A DNA stretch of 64,000 nt from Laetmonice hystrix (lineage: Eukaryota): contig OZ249443.1 of NCBI GenBank assembly GCA_965235115.1, positions 2,418,001-2,482,000 of the forward strand. Reading direction: 5' to 3'. The position numbers and the translations under genes were made by a program. Positions 10,341 to 22,944 of this stretch are shown piece by piece. The notes beneath the pieces are model-generated. The model made no database searches and was not told the origin of the DNA. It saw only the letters and a list, made by a program, of their open reading frames with translations. Position 1 is the stretch's first letter; each line of letters starts with the position of its first letter.

Positions 10341-10381
10341 CGCCACCTGGTGGTCGTCACGCACACAGCGCCCCCTGGCGG
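10341..10381 (-). promoter_or_regulatory. Tandem pair of CTCF-like motifs
   Basis: The reverse complement reads CCGCCAGGGGGCGC (10367-10381) and CCACCAGGTGGCG (10341-10353). Similar motifs occur at 9450, 22378, 27850, 35896 and 51162. Motif match only. Confidence 0.4.
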
Positions 10382-13300
10382 ATGATTAGAGCATGGCTGA
10401 GATATTACATAACTACAGACTACCATCGGTTCAGCGTACTTTAACTTTGGTCTTTCCCCGCAATATGTCTTATACAAGAACATCTAATCTGAACAATAGC
10501 ATTAAAATAATCAACTACTATTGTTATCAACTATTGTAGGCGTACTACTCAACAAACGTGAATCATGGTATTCAACATGTATGCAGTACTAACTCCCACT
10601 CCATACTGACAGGAGCTACTTCTAGTTCCACGGTCTATTCAACCTTCGTCTGTTAGCACAACAACTGGCAACAGTACTAACACAATCACATATATCACTT
10701 CATATACTCTGCTACATATCACAAAGTTCAATACTTAGTATTCAATCTAACAAACAAAAAAGGCCAAGCCTATCAGTTCTCACAAAAATCAAAGAAAATT
10801 CAGCTCCCGATCTCTATCAATATACATGTATGGTCCCTCTTTGGCCAGTGCAGCAAACATACGAATAGTATTTCTCTAAAAATATTCACGCATTGGTGAC
10901 TATGTATTAATGATGATACCGGTCAGGTACAGGTTACGATATACTAGTACAGTGTATTCCATGTGTATGTACTAACTCAGACTGGCCTGCTAAACAATGC
11001 CAGTATCATGTGACCGTTTCCATGAGACTGGTTCAGACAACGCAAGCACTCTACATTTTGTTGAGTCATGTAGCAGACGCCATGACGTCATTACGTTCGG
11101 AGTCCGCCAAAAGATCAAAGTACAAATATATGCTGTAAAATAGCAAAGGCCGAACTGTTCTAGGCCATTGTGCAGTAGTACATGAATTGCTCACCAGTCT
11201 TGCCGCGAATCAAATTGTGCAAAACTTCAGTCAGAAACAGACTTTTACTGCGACCTACCTTGACCTTGGCGAGGCCACGTCCTTGACCTCCACAAGGATT
11301 GTTTGAGTTTGGTTCGATTTGCATCTACTGACAGATTCTTTGGTGTTTGAAAGCAATAGCTTAGCATGTCGAGAACACGTCAAAACATTGACGGGAAAAT
11401 GTCCTTTCTTTTCCTGACCTTCTCACAGCTTCCCTGAAACCTGCAGGTGAAGGTGTTTACACTGTTCTCCTGACCAAACAATCGGCTTCCTTTCTTACAA
11501 AATACCAAATAATAAATAACGATGCTAACTTCTAGTAATAATGACAATGGCAGAACATTCCTTGTAGTTATATGACAATACATGTTCTACTTTCTTTTTC
11601 TCCCGTAAACCTTTCAGTTGTATATCAACTGAACCTAAAAAAAAAAGAAACAAAATAAAAAATATTACCAGAATTGCATACTTGTGGCGTGTATATAAGA
11701 TTATACGTATATCAAAAGAAAGATCTAGTACCTTTTGTTCCATAGCAAAGTGAAAAAAATACAAATACTTGAAATTATGGAATCTATAATACATAGAAAT
11801 CAGACTCGTACTGAGAAATACACTCTTGTTATCTCAGTAACACATAACGACAAACAAGATCTGTGCTTCTTCCCAGACTACACACAGACAAATTCAGTTA
11901 TAATCAAAACATATAGCAGGTTTCAAAATGCCCCTGGAGTAGTGGACTTAGCCTAAGTGCGTAGCCGAAATTCAATGCGTCAGTGCTAGATATGAGAGAA
12001 CATGTTTTTGTTCACTTTAATACGAGCTTCGTGTAAGGATCCTTCATATAATGCTGATTTATCAATAGACTAAAGATTTGGAGGAAGACTAATACAATCA
12101 ATTTGATAAATAACTCGTTAATCAGCATGTTTCCAACCTCAAAACTCCGTCAGAATAATAAAAGGATCAGCAGGTATTGGAAACAGTAAGGATGTCTAAC
12201 TCCAGCCATCTCAGGGACAACGTATTCCTTGGTTGGTGGCCCCCCTGGTGGTAGTCACGGGAACCAGGAGATTATGTTTGTAGTTCAGCGTAAGGCCTCG
12301 AGAGGGCGCCACAATCAATCTAACGCAGCAATATAATATACTAGTTCGATGAAGCTTTTTTTTCAGGGTGACACCTTACACCTTGACTGATGGTCACGTG
12401 AGATCTTGATAATTAGGTCAAATAGACATGTGTCTGAAACCAGATGAAATCTTCTATCAGACAATGATGTGATAGCTGTTAGTCCCAGTGTCAGGAACAT
12501 CTGATTTACTGTAGATTAGCACTAACAAGGCATTCAGTGATCTCTAATACTCACTGTGTCATTACTGACGGGCCTTTACAAACTGGCTCACCCCTCTGAG
12601 GGTAGGGATTGGGGGTGAGAGGCCACATCAGCCACAAACTTCTCGCATTCAGCATCAACCATATACGTCCGTCAAAAGCTTTATGACCTTCCATGTAGGC
12701 AACGTTTCGTTCCTGTACGTTTCCAGCACAGTGCCACATGTTAGTTTTATAAATGATTTATTACTTCATTTTGGGACATTTTCCTTGTTCTATCAAGATT
12801 CAGTAACATCGAATACCATGATTGTACCAATCCGTCTTCCATGTACCCGGTACAACCCTCTGGGTGACCAGTGGTGAGACCGGGCACCCAGACCATCCAC
12901 TGGCCGGGAGGAGAGAGGAAGGGGGCATTCCCTGTCTAAAATCGGCACAATCCAAAACGTCCAACTTTTCTCCAATTTTAGACTGAATATAATTCCCTTT
13001 TGGCCTGAAGATAATCTTTGTCAAGATGTTCACCAATATTTCTGTAGTTATTCATGTAGTTTTGGTTCTGACTTTCATGGGATTTTGAAAATGGTCTCGA
13101 ATTTGCAAATGTGCCCGACTCCACATTCCCGGTACTTTGATTTAACCTACAGTTTTCCAGCGATCCTGTCAGCAAAACCTGATCATAAACCCACAAAATA
13201 AGGCTGTTCAGATCCTGTTCGTACCCTAACATTAACTTGATCACACTCTTACTGGCAAGGCTATCACCCTCAATCATTGAACATATAAATACTGGTCAGA

Positions 13301-14782
13301 AAGATGTGCTAGAACAAACAACCCTATGTGTCCAATCAGAACTTTCCATATCAATGTGAAAATCAAAAATATATGGACAACTTGAATAATGCCTGACCCA
13401 TCCCCCCCCCCCACCCCTCACCCGTCCCCCCTCACCCCTCACCCCTCACCCAGGATACAGTCTCAGGTTGAAATATTGTAACTGTATCAAAGGATACACC
13501 AAAACTAGAACAATAATATAGCAGTATACGCTTAGTTACACTAGCCCAGGTTACAAGCAGGTTTGTCTAGATCAACTAGCAACAATATTTTCTGAAAACA
13601 ATGCCAGCTTTATCAGTATGACAAGATCGTCTAACATATATCTGAAAAGGATCTACATTATATGTACCGGTATAGCATCTAAAATAATACCAGCTACACA
13701 AATATCGGATAAATATGCGTAGCACTCAATATATATAATATACAATACATATACTTGGCGTTTCTCAATGCTACAAATATATGCTTCTCTAATGTTGCTC
13801 AAACTGAGCCTTGGTCTCTCAATTCACCACTGAATATAAATATATACTAGCTATCACAATGTGTCTAAAGATATATGTATATTTATTTATATAATATGTA
13901 ATAGGCAACTATGTATAACAGGCAACTATACGTGTCTATTAGATAACATCACCCATCTAGTTACCTACTGAGATACATGATCTAGTTACAGATCTGCGCT
14001 CACAAACCTGTCTCAACACTTCATACCAAAAATCACATCTCCCTCTCCATGGTCTGTACACTATACACACAGAAATAGCCACACAGTGGGCCATCCCACA
14101 AACAAGTCAGTACTGATGCATCCAGGGGAAAAAATTCCGAACAGAAATCAATAATATCGTAACAATAGTGTAACATTGCATTCCATTGCTATCAAAACCT
14201 TCACTCTCTCTTGAACGAATCTTTTAACTCCTCAAAACTGCGACTGTTACGGATAATCTAAGAAAGGGGTTTTTGGGAATGACTCTTTTAATCCTTACAT
14301 GAATTCCTTGCCTGAAATTGTCCAAGAATTAGGATGTAGCCCGGATGCACCATGACTGGACTACTCATAGTCTTACTATAATAACCCAGGTGTGATCTCC
14401 TCTGATTACAAAATAAAGCTGACAATATCAAAACAAACTTCTCAAGTCACGATAGAGTCTGCAGCTACACCTACCACTGTCTGACGACTCGCAGCAACTT
14501 GAGAGGCACCGCGGGAGATCACACGCTGGGTACGTACCAAACTATATGACAATACAACAAGGGCAAGCATTTCTCACAGCTCACTATACCCTGGTCTCTA
14601 GCAGGGTGCTGGTCCCGTTTTGTACATTGGCAATGATGCCCAAATATGGAGGCACCAGCCATGATAATAATGTTATGATGCCATGTGTGTCCAATCGACA
14701 GTCTGACCAACGATGGAAGTACAAATTGCTGAAAACCATTCTGTCAGGTCTGTGCATCCCAAGATCTGTCCAAACTAAGCAA

Positions 14783-15148
14783 CAAAATGACGCCACTGTG
14801 TCCCAACAAGGCATCAAAATGACGCCACTGTGTCCCAACAAGGCATCAAAATGACGCCACTGTGTCCCAACAAGGCATCAAAATGACGCCACTGTGTCCC
14901 AGCAAGGCATCAAAATGACGCCACTGTGACCCAACAAGGCATCAAAATGACGCCACTGTGTCCCAACAAGGCATCAAAATGACGCCACTGTGTCCCAGCA
15001 AGGCATCAAAATGACGCCACTGTGTCCCAACAAGGCATCAAAATGACGCCACTGTGACCCAACAAGGCATCAAAATGACGCCACTGTGTCCCAACAAGGC
15101 ATCAAAATGACGCCACTGTGCCCCAACAAGGCATCAAAATGACGCCAC
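14783..15148. repeat. 32-bp minisatellite, ~11.5 copies
   Basis: gacgccactgtgtcccaacaaggcatcaaaat, period 32 from 14789 to 15141. Confidence 0.95.
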
Positions 15149-15460
15149 ACATGTCCGAAGTAGGCATCAAAATGATGCAATGATGTCTTGATGGATACAA
15201 ATCTTAAAGTTGATGTACAACAAACCGTAAAGGCATGAAACATATGCAGGACACACTAGTAGTTTAACTGCATGCCTCATTCAACTGTCCGTACTACACC
15301 AGACATTTAGAGTTCACAAACAGACCTTCAACATTAAGTTGTATGTTCACCATCCAACCAAACATCACTGAAGTTATGTATGGTACCATTAACCATGATC
15401 AGATTTGTGCATACATACAGCAAAGATGGATCGTGCCCTCAGGCCTGTTTGGATCAGGGT

Positions 15461-15800
15461 CTCAGAACTGGGTGGATCAGGTATTGAAACTGGGTGGATA
15501 GGCCTTCAGAACTGGGTGGATCAACTCTCAGAACTGGGTGGATCAGGTATCGAAACTGGGTGGATCGGCCCTCAGAACTGGGTGGATCAACTCTCAGAAC
15601 TGGGTGGATTGGCCTCAGAACTGGGGGGATTGGCCTCAGAATTGGGTGGATCAACTCTCAGAACTGGGTAGATTGGCCTTCAGAACTGGGTGGATCAACT
15701 CTCAGAACTGGGTGGCTTGGCCTCAGAACTGGGTGGCTTGGCCTCAGAACTGGGTGGATCAACTCTCAGAACTGGGTGGATTGGCCTCAGAACTGGATGG
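15461..15800. repeat. Mosaic minisatellite with 21-25-bp variant units
   Basis: The core ctcagaactgggtggat recurs with ggc-, caact- and caggtat- linkers. Confidence 0.9.
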
Positions 15801-16333
15801 ATGAGGCCCTCAGACCTGGATCAAGCCCTGGGGCCTGGATTAATCAAGCCCTCTGGCCAAGTGAATCAATGTGTGGAATTTGCTTTCAGTATTTCAAAGT
15901 ATACATTGAGAGCATGACTGGTGACAGTCAGTCTTGGTGGAAGATTACAAGGTATATCTCAACCCTGTACATCATTCTGGCTGGACAGAGTACTATGGGC
16001 GATATTAGAGCTCTTAACCGAAACTGCCAGCTATTCTTGTGACCCAGCTTTTTTATAGTCCCTTTCTAAACATCATACAATACAGGAAGTGGAACTACTA
16101 GAAATACTTGAGGTTCACCTTCAGGAACAGAGGACACCAGGCCTCAGGGAGACTTCTGATACTGCGACGTATTTCTGAGATCATCAAAAATGTAAATACA
16201 TGAACCCAGCCCCATTTTTGTTAGCATCTCTGCATACACCATTCCTTTGGTTACCTAAGTGTATAAACTTCGGAAAGCGGTTCTAGTTTTTGAATTTGTA
16301 GTGGAAGAAAACATGGAAAACTGGTCATGATTA

Positions 16334-16726
16334 GGCCACATAAAAAAATGACTTGTTTAGCGTCCCCGCCTGACCTGAGAAATGTCCCCGACCTGGAATT
16401 ATTTAAATTTTTTATTTTTCCAAAGAACCCCTAACATAAAGTGTAAAAACTGTCAAAACAATGTTTCCCTGCCCATTAAGAACAGTACAAGTTTAACTTT
16501 CACTTGAACAAAGATTTAAACAACAATTTTAATGTTCTAGCTTGAAACTTTCTGTACCTTCCTAACTTGCCTTCGCTCCATGAATACTGTATGTCTTCAC
16601 CCTCCAGCTATGCAGCCACTCAATTTATAGAATAAAAAGTAAAAAAATAAAAACATCCTGCCCGACCTGGAAAAACTGGAAGAGGTGGACGCTAAACTAC
16701 AAAATGTAGTAATTTTTTATGTGGCC
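16334..16726. mobile_element. 393-bp MITE, TA TSD, GGCCACATAAAAAA TIRs
   Basis: TA-ggccacataaaaaa...ttttttatgtggcc-TA. Shared subterminal gtttagcgtcc in inverted orientation. Confidence 0.8.
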
Positions 16727-18604
16727 TAACATATTGGTCCCATTAGAGATTATGAAATGTGTGCCACTGTAAACAACTACTGTTGGGGAGTTGTCCGGGA
16801 CCACAGATCCAATATCGCTCAAACATAATCCTCAAATTGATGTTGCTATCATACTCTAGTACATCCACAAAACATCTTCAATTTATCTCACCCAGATAAA
16901 TTAATATGAACTGATCAGTGGACGATGTTTTTGTGAAGTAAAAAGATCTCCCGACCCACTCTCTGCCTCCTCCGTCATAGAGCAATGTCTCCATCTACTG
17001 AACCACAACAACATGTTCGATGTTTGTGACATCCATGCCAAACCTGGCCAATAAGACGATACTTACAACCCAAGTAAACCTTGTAGGTCATTAGAGCAAA
17101 CTAGTCGAGGGGATGGGGCATGTACTGGGACCCTTTTGGTCCTTTTAGAATGAAGGCCCCTTGGCCCTTTTAGTCGGAAGGCAAGTGTCTGACAGTCAGT
17201 ATTTCTGTAGATGACAAATACTGAGAGCCAAAATGACCTTGAACTTGTCTGTCCAGAGGTCAGTCTGACCTCTGGTGATATGTGGTGATAATGTTAATTG
17301 CATTTCAAGGTTTCCCACTCGGACCACTTCAGTTCATGCTCTTTTCCACAAAGTCTCATGAGCTGACTCATGAGCACAGTAAAATATCAGACTGCCTGAT
17401 CAAATAGCAATCCCTGTCAAATTTTTATACTCCTCTCAGAAATCAATGAAACTAACTTTTATCAGTAATACCACAGTAATATTTCTAATTTCTAATTTTT
17501 TAACTTTCTCCTCAGAGGAGAAGACTTCAGTTGTGCGTCATCTGACCATTTTGAGTCGACAACCTGATCACAACATTATATTCAACAAGTTTTTTCACCC
17601 TTCCAACTCAACTCCATCTTGTCGCTGTCATATATCTACATCACTGCAGAAAAAGCTAACATTTTTCAACATCAATTCACAAAGCATGAACAGAGATGCA
17701 GATCTTCCTTAACGAAGACCCAGATTCCGAGTCCAAACTCCTCAGCTTTGGTACACACTATCACCTCCTGTTGATTTCAGTGAGAAATCCTCAGTCCTTT
17801 AAAACTCTCCAATCTACTACAAGAATCAACAACAAAATAAAGTACTCTCTATCACAATTACCGGTAGAAGGCCAATGCAAAATTATGCCCGCATCTCATC
17901 ACTGCTAACCAGCGTCAAAATATGTTAACTTCGTTTTTGTTAAATACGGATGCTTTCACAGCATATGTTTTGACACAAGAACATTTAACCAATTTTCAAT
18001 AGTGTTACGAACAACTGAAGACGACCAGTATTAACAGTAACTGAACCATAACTCTGGGAAGCACTATTTCATGAACTTTAAGACTAGTGAAAATTTGCTC
18101 CTTATCAAGCCCACAGATTTCCAATAAATTGCTTGGATTAAATGTTCAGATAGCTTTTTTATACTTTCAGTGATGAGATTGAAAGCCATAACACCATGAA
18201 TATTTCGAGTGTTTGCTCTGTATTGCTAAATGGTTTCTGCTCTCCCAGAATGTATCAATTACAAGGCATGTTGATTTACAAATTTATAGACTTAACCTTT
18301 GGTTCCTGATCCTCACATCAAATTACTTCTAGCATAATCATTTCACTTGAGAAACTGCCACACCTTCCAACAATATCCTTGCAATCTGAGGCACTACACC
18401 ATGACTTTTCTAACCTGTATGACTTTAACAGTGGTTCTCCCCAAGCAGACCACGTATAGTGGACCACACAGTTGTCAGACTTGGACCAGATCGAACCTAT
18501 CAACTATGGTCACACATTCACGAATACATTACACAGACAATCTTCCCAGTGCAGACCCAGACTTTACTTTCTTGTCTTCATCCTGTTGTTGTTTAGACGG
18601 TTGT

Positions 18605-20641
18605 TCACCCTTGGCTGGACGATGATGCACCATTGGTGAGATCTTGCGGATCACCTCCTTCCTCTCCCGTGTCCCCACTCTCTCCCACTGCCGACTCACC
18701 TTCTAAAACCTCGCCGCCGGCCCGCTGAATCAACTTGTTCCGATGCATGAGTTTCAGATGGTTTCGGAGTTCATAGTGAAAGGTGAAGATCTTGTCACAA
18801 AAGTTACAGTGAAATTTCTGCTCGGTGGAGGCGTGCACCCGGCGGAGGTGACAGAAGCGTGAGCTTGGGGCATAGAACACTTTCCCACAAACGTTACAAG
18901 GGTATGCCTGTTTCTGCGTGTGTTTAGCATTGGTATGCAGTGAGAGGCACTCCTTTGACTTGAGCAGCATGCCACAGATACTGCACTTATAACGGAGACC
19001 CATCGCTGACGACACGGTCACACTTGGCTTGTGATCCTCCGGGGAGCTAGGGGCCAAAGTCGGGCTGCTACTGTTATCCTGACTCACTGGTGGACTTGGT
19101 TGTTGGGTGGTGGAGCCACCCAAACTCTGTGGATCAGGGTAAGCAGCCCAGAAGTTGGAGACATCAACTCCCAGCCCGACTTGGCTGGCACTAAGTGAGG
19201 CCATCTCCATGTGAGCGGTGTCAATGTGGCGCAGCAGCTCTGACTGGAATGCGTAAAAGCGAGTGCAATGCGGACATTTATATTTCTGCTCCATGCTGGT
19301 ATGTGTGCGCTTCTTATGAGAATGAAGTGAGCTGGCAGCGTAAAAAACCTTGCCACACTGCTTGCAGGGATAAATGGTTTTATGAGTGTGTGCAGTGTTC
19401 ATGTGAATCTCCAACATTTTCTCTGATTTCAAAGCACGACCACAGAGCTTGCAGGGTACAGGTTTATCCCATGATGCCTCACTGTTCTCCTTTGAACCCT
19501 GACCCTGAAGGTCAACTCCTGTTGGGTTGACCCCACTTCCCACGGAGCTGTCCCCAGGAGATGAATAGTGCCCGTTGCGTAGATCTTCACCGTAAACATG
19601 ATCAGGATAGACGTCCTGCAGTTTATCCAGGTTGTTCACGCCAGGATCAGTATGTTGTTTGTAGGGAGAATATTTTTCCTCGTGTTGAAACCCTTCACTC
19701 TCAGCAATGTCCATACCATACAAGGATCTGGCTGCATTTGCAGCCATCGTGGATAATATTAGGGCTGATTCGTAGTTGCGTGCATATGCTTGGTCGTAAA
19801 TAAATGTCGCATCTAAGCCAGGCTCCTGTTTAACAATGGTTGAGTTGGGATTTGGTGTAATTTCCATTTCGTTGCTATCTTTGTTCCCAGTTTGGTCCTT
19901 CAGTCCCGGCTCCTCTGGACTCGTACTTCCAGAGTTTCCCATACTCATGTTGTCATCGGGTCGTGTTGAGGTGACTTCGTAGTTCATAGATACGCTGGGG
20001 CTGGTTTGTGTTTCGGTACCCAGACTCCTGCCTGCCTGCCTAAAGGTTTCATCTGATGACATGCTGGCGTTGCTGTCCGTGTTATCCAAGTATTCACGCA
20101 TCCTTTTCTCTAGCATTCCTAAAGGCCGAGCTTCAATGAAGTTGCTTCTCTTGTTAGAATCTTTTCCTTCATTCACATTTGTCTCAAGCTGCGTGCAGTC
20201 TGTTTCGCTTTCTGCATCACTGCTTTCAAATGATTGTAGATACCTGTAATTCATTTTTCTGACTGGTTTCTGGGTTTTCCTTGATTTTCTTGGTGGCAGT
20301 GCAAATCCTCCATTTGTGGCAGCAGAGTTGGTTTCTTGCCGGTTCTCCCCAACGAACGAATTGCTGGTAACTTTGGTTCCGCTGTCAGTTGTCTTCTCAT
20401 CATCTCGGACAGCTGATCGCACCACTTGCTCATCCAGCAGAAATGTGGCGACCTTTTCACTGTCAGAGCGGATGTGTAGACTCCCAATAACCTCCAAAGT
20501 TCGCTGGAATTTGACACTTCCCTCACAGAAAGTGAGGATGGTCTTGCGAAGGAGATCTGGGAGGCTCGGACACAACACCCGGCAATCCATAATGGTGTGT
20601 GCTGTAGATGTCAGGACATCTTCACCCCTTCCGCACGGCAT
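18605..20641 (-). CDS. C2H2 zinc-finger protein, 678 aa, six fingers in two triplets; single coding exon
   Basis: Open frame with an acceptor (ttgcttgtttcag|) at 20646 and ATG at 20641. Fingers CKLC..HMNTAH, CKQC..HKKRTH, CPHC..HIDTAH, CSIC..HTNAKH, CNVC..HLRRVH, CNFC..HLKLMH. A candidate upstream UTR-exon donor (|gtaagt) lies at 22270. Confidence 0.9.
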   Translation of the reverse strand: MPCGRGEDVLTSTAHTIMDCRVLCPSLPDLLRKTILTFCEGSVKFQRTLEVIGSLHIRSDSEKVATFLLDEQVVRSAVRDDEKTTDSGTKVTSNSFVGENRQETNSAATNGGFALPPRKSRKTQKPVRKMNYRYLQSFESSDAESETDCTQLETNVNEGKDSNKRSNFIEARPLGMLEKRMREYLDNTDSNASMSSDETFRQAGRSLGTETQTSPSVSMNYEVTSTRPDDNMSMGNSGSTSPEEPGLKDQTGNKDSNEMEITPNPNSTIVKQEPGLDATFIYDQAYARNYESALILSTMAANAARSLYGMDIAESEGFQHEEKYSPYKQHTDPGVNNLDKLQDVYPDHVYGEDLRNGHYSSPGDSSVGSGVNPTGVDLQGQGSKENSEASWDKPVPCKLCGRALKSEKMLEIHMNTAHTHKTIYPCKQCGKVFYAASSLHSHKKRTHTSMEQKYKCPHCTRFYAFQSELLRHIDTAHMEMASLSASQVGLGVDVSNFWAAYPDPQSLGGSTTQQPSPPVSQDNSSSPTLAPSSPEDHKPSVTVSSAMGLRYKCSICGMLLKSKECLSLHTNAKHTQKQAYPCNVCGKVFYAPSSRFCHLRRVHASTEQKFHCNFCDKIFTFHYELRNHLKLMHRNKLIQRAGGEVLEGESAVGESGDTGEEGGDPQDLTNGASSSSQG

Positions 20642-21342
20642 GGGACTGAAACAAGCAACAGCCACGGCTTTAATCTACATCTTGTCTGCATTTTGAAATT
20701 TAATTTTTACCTCAACACATAGCGATTTTTAGAATAATCTGACATGTTCAAATCTTTCTTCTGCTACTCATCAGGCATTTTCTTCTCAGTAAGAAAAACC
20801 TTCGTCCTGATTTTAGCTACGATAAAATTTAGACTTTTACCTTTTGAATGAATACATTTCTGCTTTCTTGAAAGATGAGGCAAAACATTATGAATTAAAG
20901 TACGGGGTATTCATTTTATCAAAATCTCGAATTAATGTAGACAGTGGAATAGATGGCAAATTCACAAGACCCAATATGTGTTAAAACTTAAAAGATGCAG
21001 ACAAAAAATTTCCCATTGCTCATCAATTTTTTGTGTGACCTGACAGAATCCTAGGTTTTTTCAAAGCACACTCATGTAAAATCAAACCTTTTTTCATTCA
21101 TTTACACAAATTACAGCGATCTTAAGGAGAGGAAATATCACTCTGTGAGTCAAATATTTCCCCCTTCAATCATTCATTGGGTGTTGACCAAACACCCCAC
21201 ACAGTGTCGCCTTCGGACTCAGCGCGACAAGTTTTCTGTCACAGATAAACACCCACCATGAGTAGTGGGGTGGGGTTGGGAAGCAAAGTTAAGAGAGGGA
21301 GAGGAAGGGCTGAAAATACGGAATGACCTCCTCATTCATCAG

Positions 21343-21936
21343 GGCCCGGTTTCTCCAAACATCTCAAGGAATTTTGAGAACGTGTGCTCAACTGGCGTGC
21401 TCAAGGCGTACTCAGCGGTTGCTCGAAGCATCTCAGGCTTGAGAACCCGTTCTCAACTCTAGACATAGATGTCTATGCTCTAGACTATGCAAGATTCTAT
21501 TACGTCACTGATGACAATGAACGACGTCACTAACGACAATGAACGACGTCACTGGTGACAATAGATTACGTCACAATAACAATAAGTGTGTCAAGTTGTT
21601 TGAGCGATTGTCTGCTGGCGCGTATTTTTATACACGACTTGCAAATGTTCCTGCCGACTTTTGCGGTCGTTTTTTCACATTATTATTTCACAAAGACACT
21701 CATGAAAGGCAAAGTTGGGAAAGGAAGGAAGAGAGTTGCTAACTGGAGTGTGGAAGATGAGTTAATTTTAATTTCAGATGATGGTGCTCAGAGTTGAGCA
21801 TGCTATGGGAGCATACTCAGAATAAGGCAGTTGAGCACATACTTAAGTACGTGAAAAAGTTTCGAGAAACGCCTCCGTGCTCAAGTTGAGCATAAGGTAC
21901 TTAAGTACGCCTTGAGATGTTTGGAGCAACCGGGCC
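21343..21936. mobile_element. ~600-bp MITE with GGCCCGGTT TIRs and CWG flanks (PIF/Harbinger-related)
   Basis: 30-bp inverted match cagggcccggtt(t/g)ctccaaacatctcaagg at 21340-21369 / 21910-21939. Flanks are CAG and CTG. It has the same termini as the 58788 element. Confidence 0.8.
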
Positions 21937-22269
21937 CTGACCTTCTTTTGTCATCACACACTTCATATAATTGCCATAGCAACACGCTACTGTCAACACA
22001 AGATGAAGAAACAAACAACCTGCCTTCTTTTGTCACACAACGCGTCGTTGTTAACGTCTGTCTCACAAACGCGCATATTCTTTCTACCCACAAATATGCA
22101 CGCCTGATAATTCACCTATTATCGCTCAGCTTGTTTTGATTTTTGCGTTTTATGTCTGATATCCTACCGTTTTTTCCTTCAGACTTTGGAACGGTCTGCT
22201 GTCTAGACATCATATGAATAAGACATGAATGTTGGATTTAGAAGGCAGCGACTATAATTTCGATACTTA

Positions 22270-22944
22270 CATACCGTGTGCACTTCAAGCTTCCATTAAT
22301 TAACACTCAAAGTGTGAACCACTGGGAACCCCGTTCCGCTTGTTTACGTTTTCGATGTGACATTCGGTCGGTTCCTCCCGCCAGGTGGCGCATGGAATTG
22401 TTTGCGTGCATTCCCCCAGCATGACTCATGAATCCGGGGATACCGCCGACTACACGGCGTTCCCGCTCTGTCTCTCAGCCCCAGCGTCCGGGAGTAACTG
22501 TAGTACGGAGTAACATGATTTCACAGGGGTGGATACGATCAGGGTTGGGAGAATATCTATAAAATGTTCAAGGGAAAACGTTTCAACTTTTCACTTCACA
22601 CTCACAGTCTTCAGTGAAATGGCCCAGTCAGGCCCCTGCGGCTTCGCCTGCTGCGGTCGAAATACGTTAGATTTATACTGAAGTTTGTTATTCTATTTTA
22701 ATGAGCATTCAATCTCTTCACCTTGTTTTCAGAGATATTCTTTCATCCGAACGTTGGCCTATCTTTTTTTAGGTTAGTAATTCTGTCCAGCTATAGTTTA
22801 TCCATTAGCCGCCAGGGGTCGGGGTTAGAGCAGTGCCGCCTGGTGGATTTTGTGAGGTGTATCTCTCATCCACTCCACACGGAGGCTGACGTTCGGTGGT
22901 CTACTCGTCTCGCTCACACGCGCGTCGAAAGGCTTGTGGGAAAG
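22270..22944. promoter_or_regulatory. Putative bidirectional promoter between the zinc-finger gene (-) and AGPAT (+)
   Basis: Divergent gene arrangement, CpG-rich, CTCF-like CCGCCAGGTGGCGC at 22378-22391. Confidence 0.5.

Noticed and set aside
12551-13277. Cluster of 60-99-aa minus-strand ORFs as exons of another gene
   Set aside because: No recognisable protein and no consistent splice phases could be built.
20642-20665. GTG start for the 686-aa zinc-finger ORF given by the track
   Set aside because: This segment is the intron's pyrimidine tract and acceptor. The first ATG lies 4 nt inside the exon.
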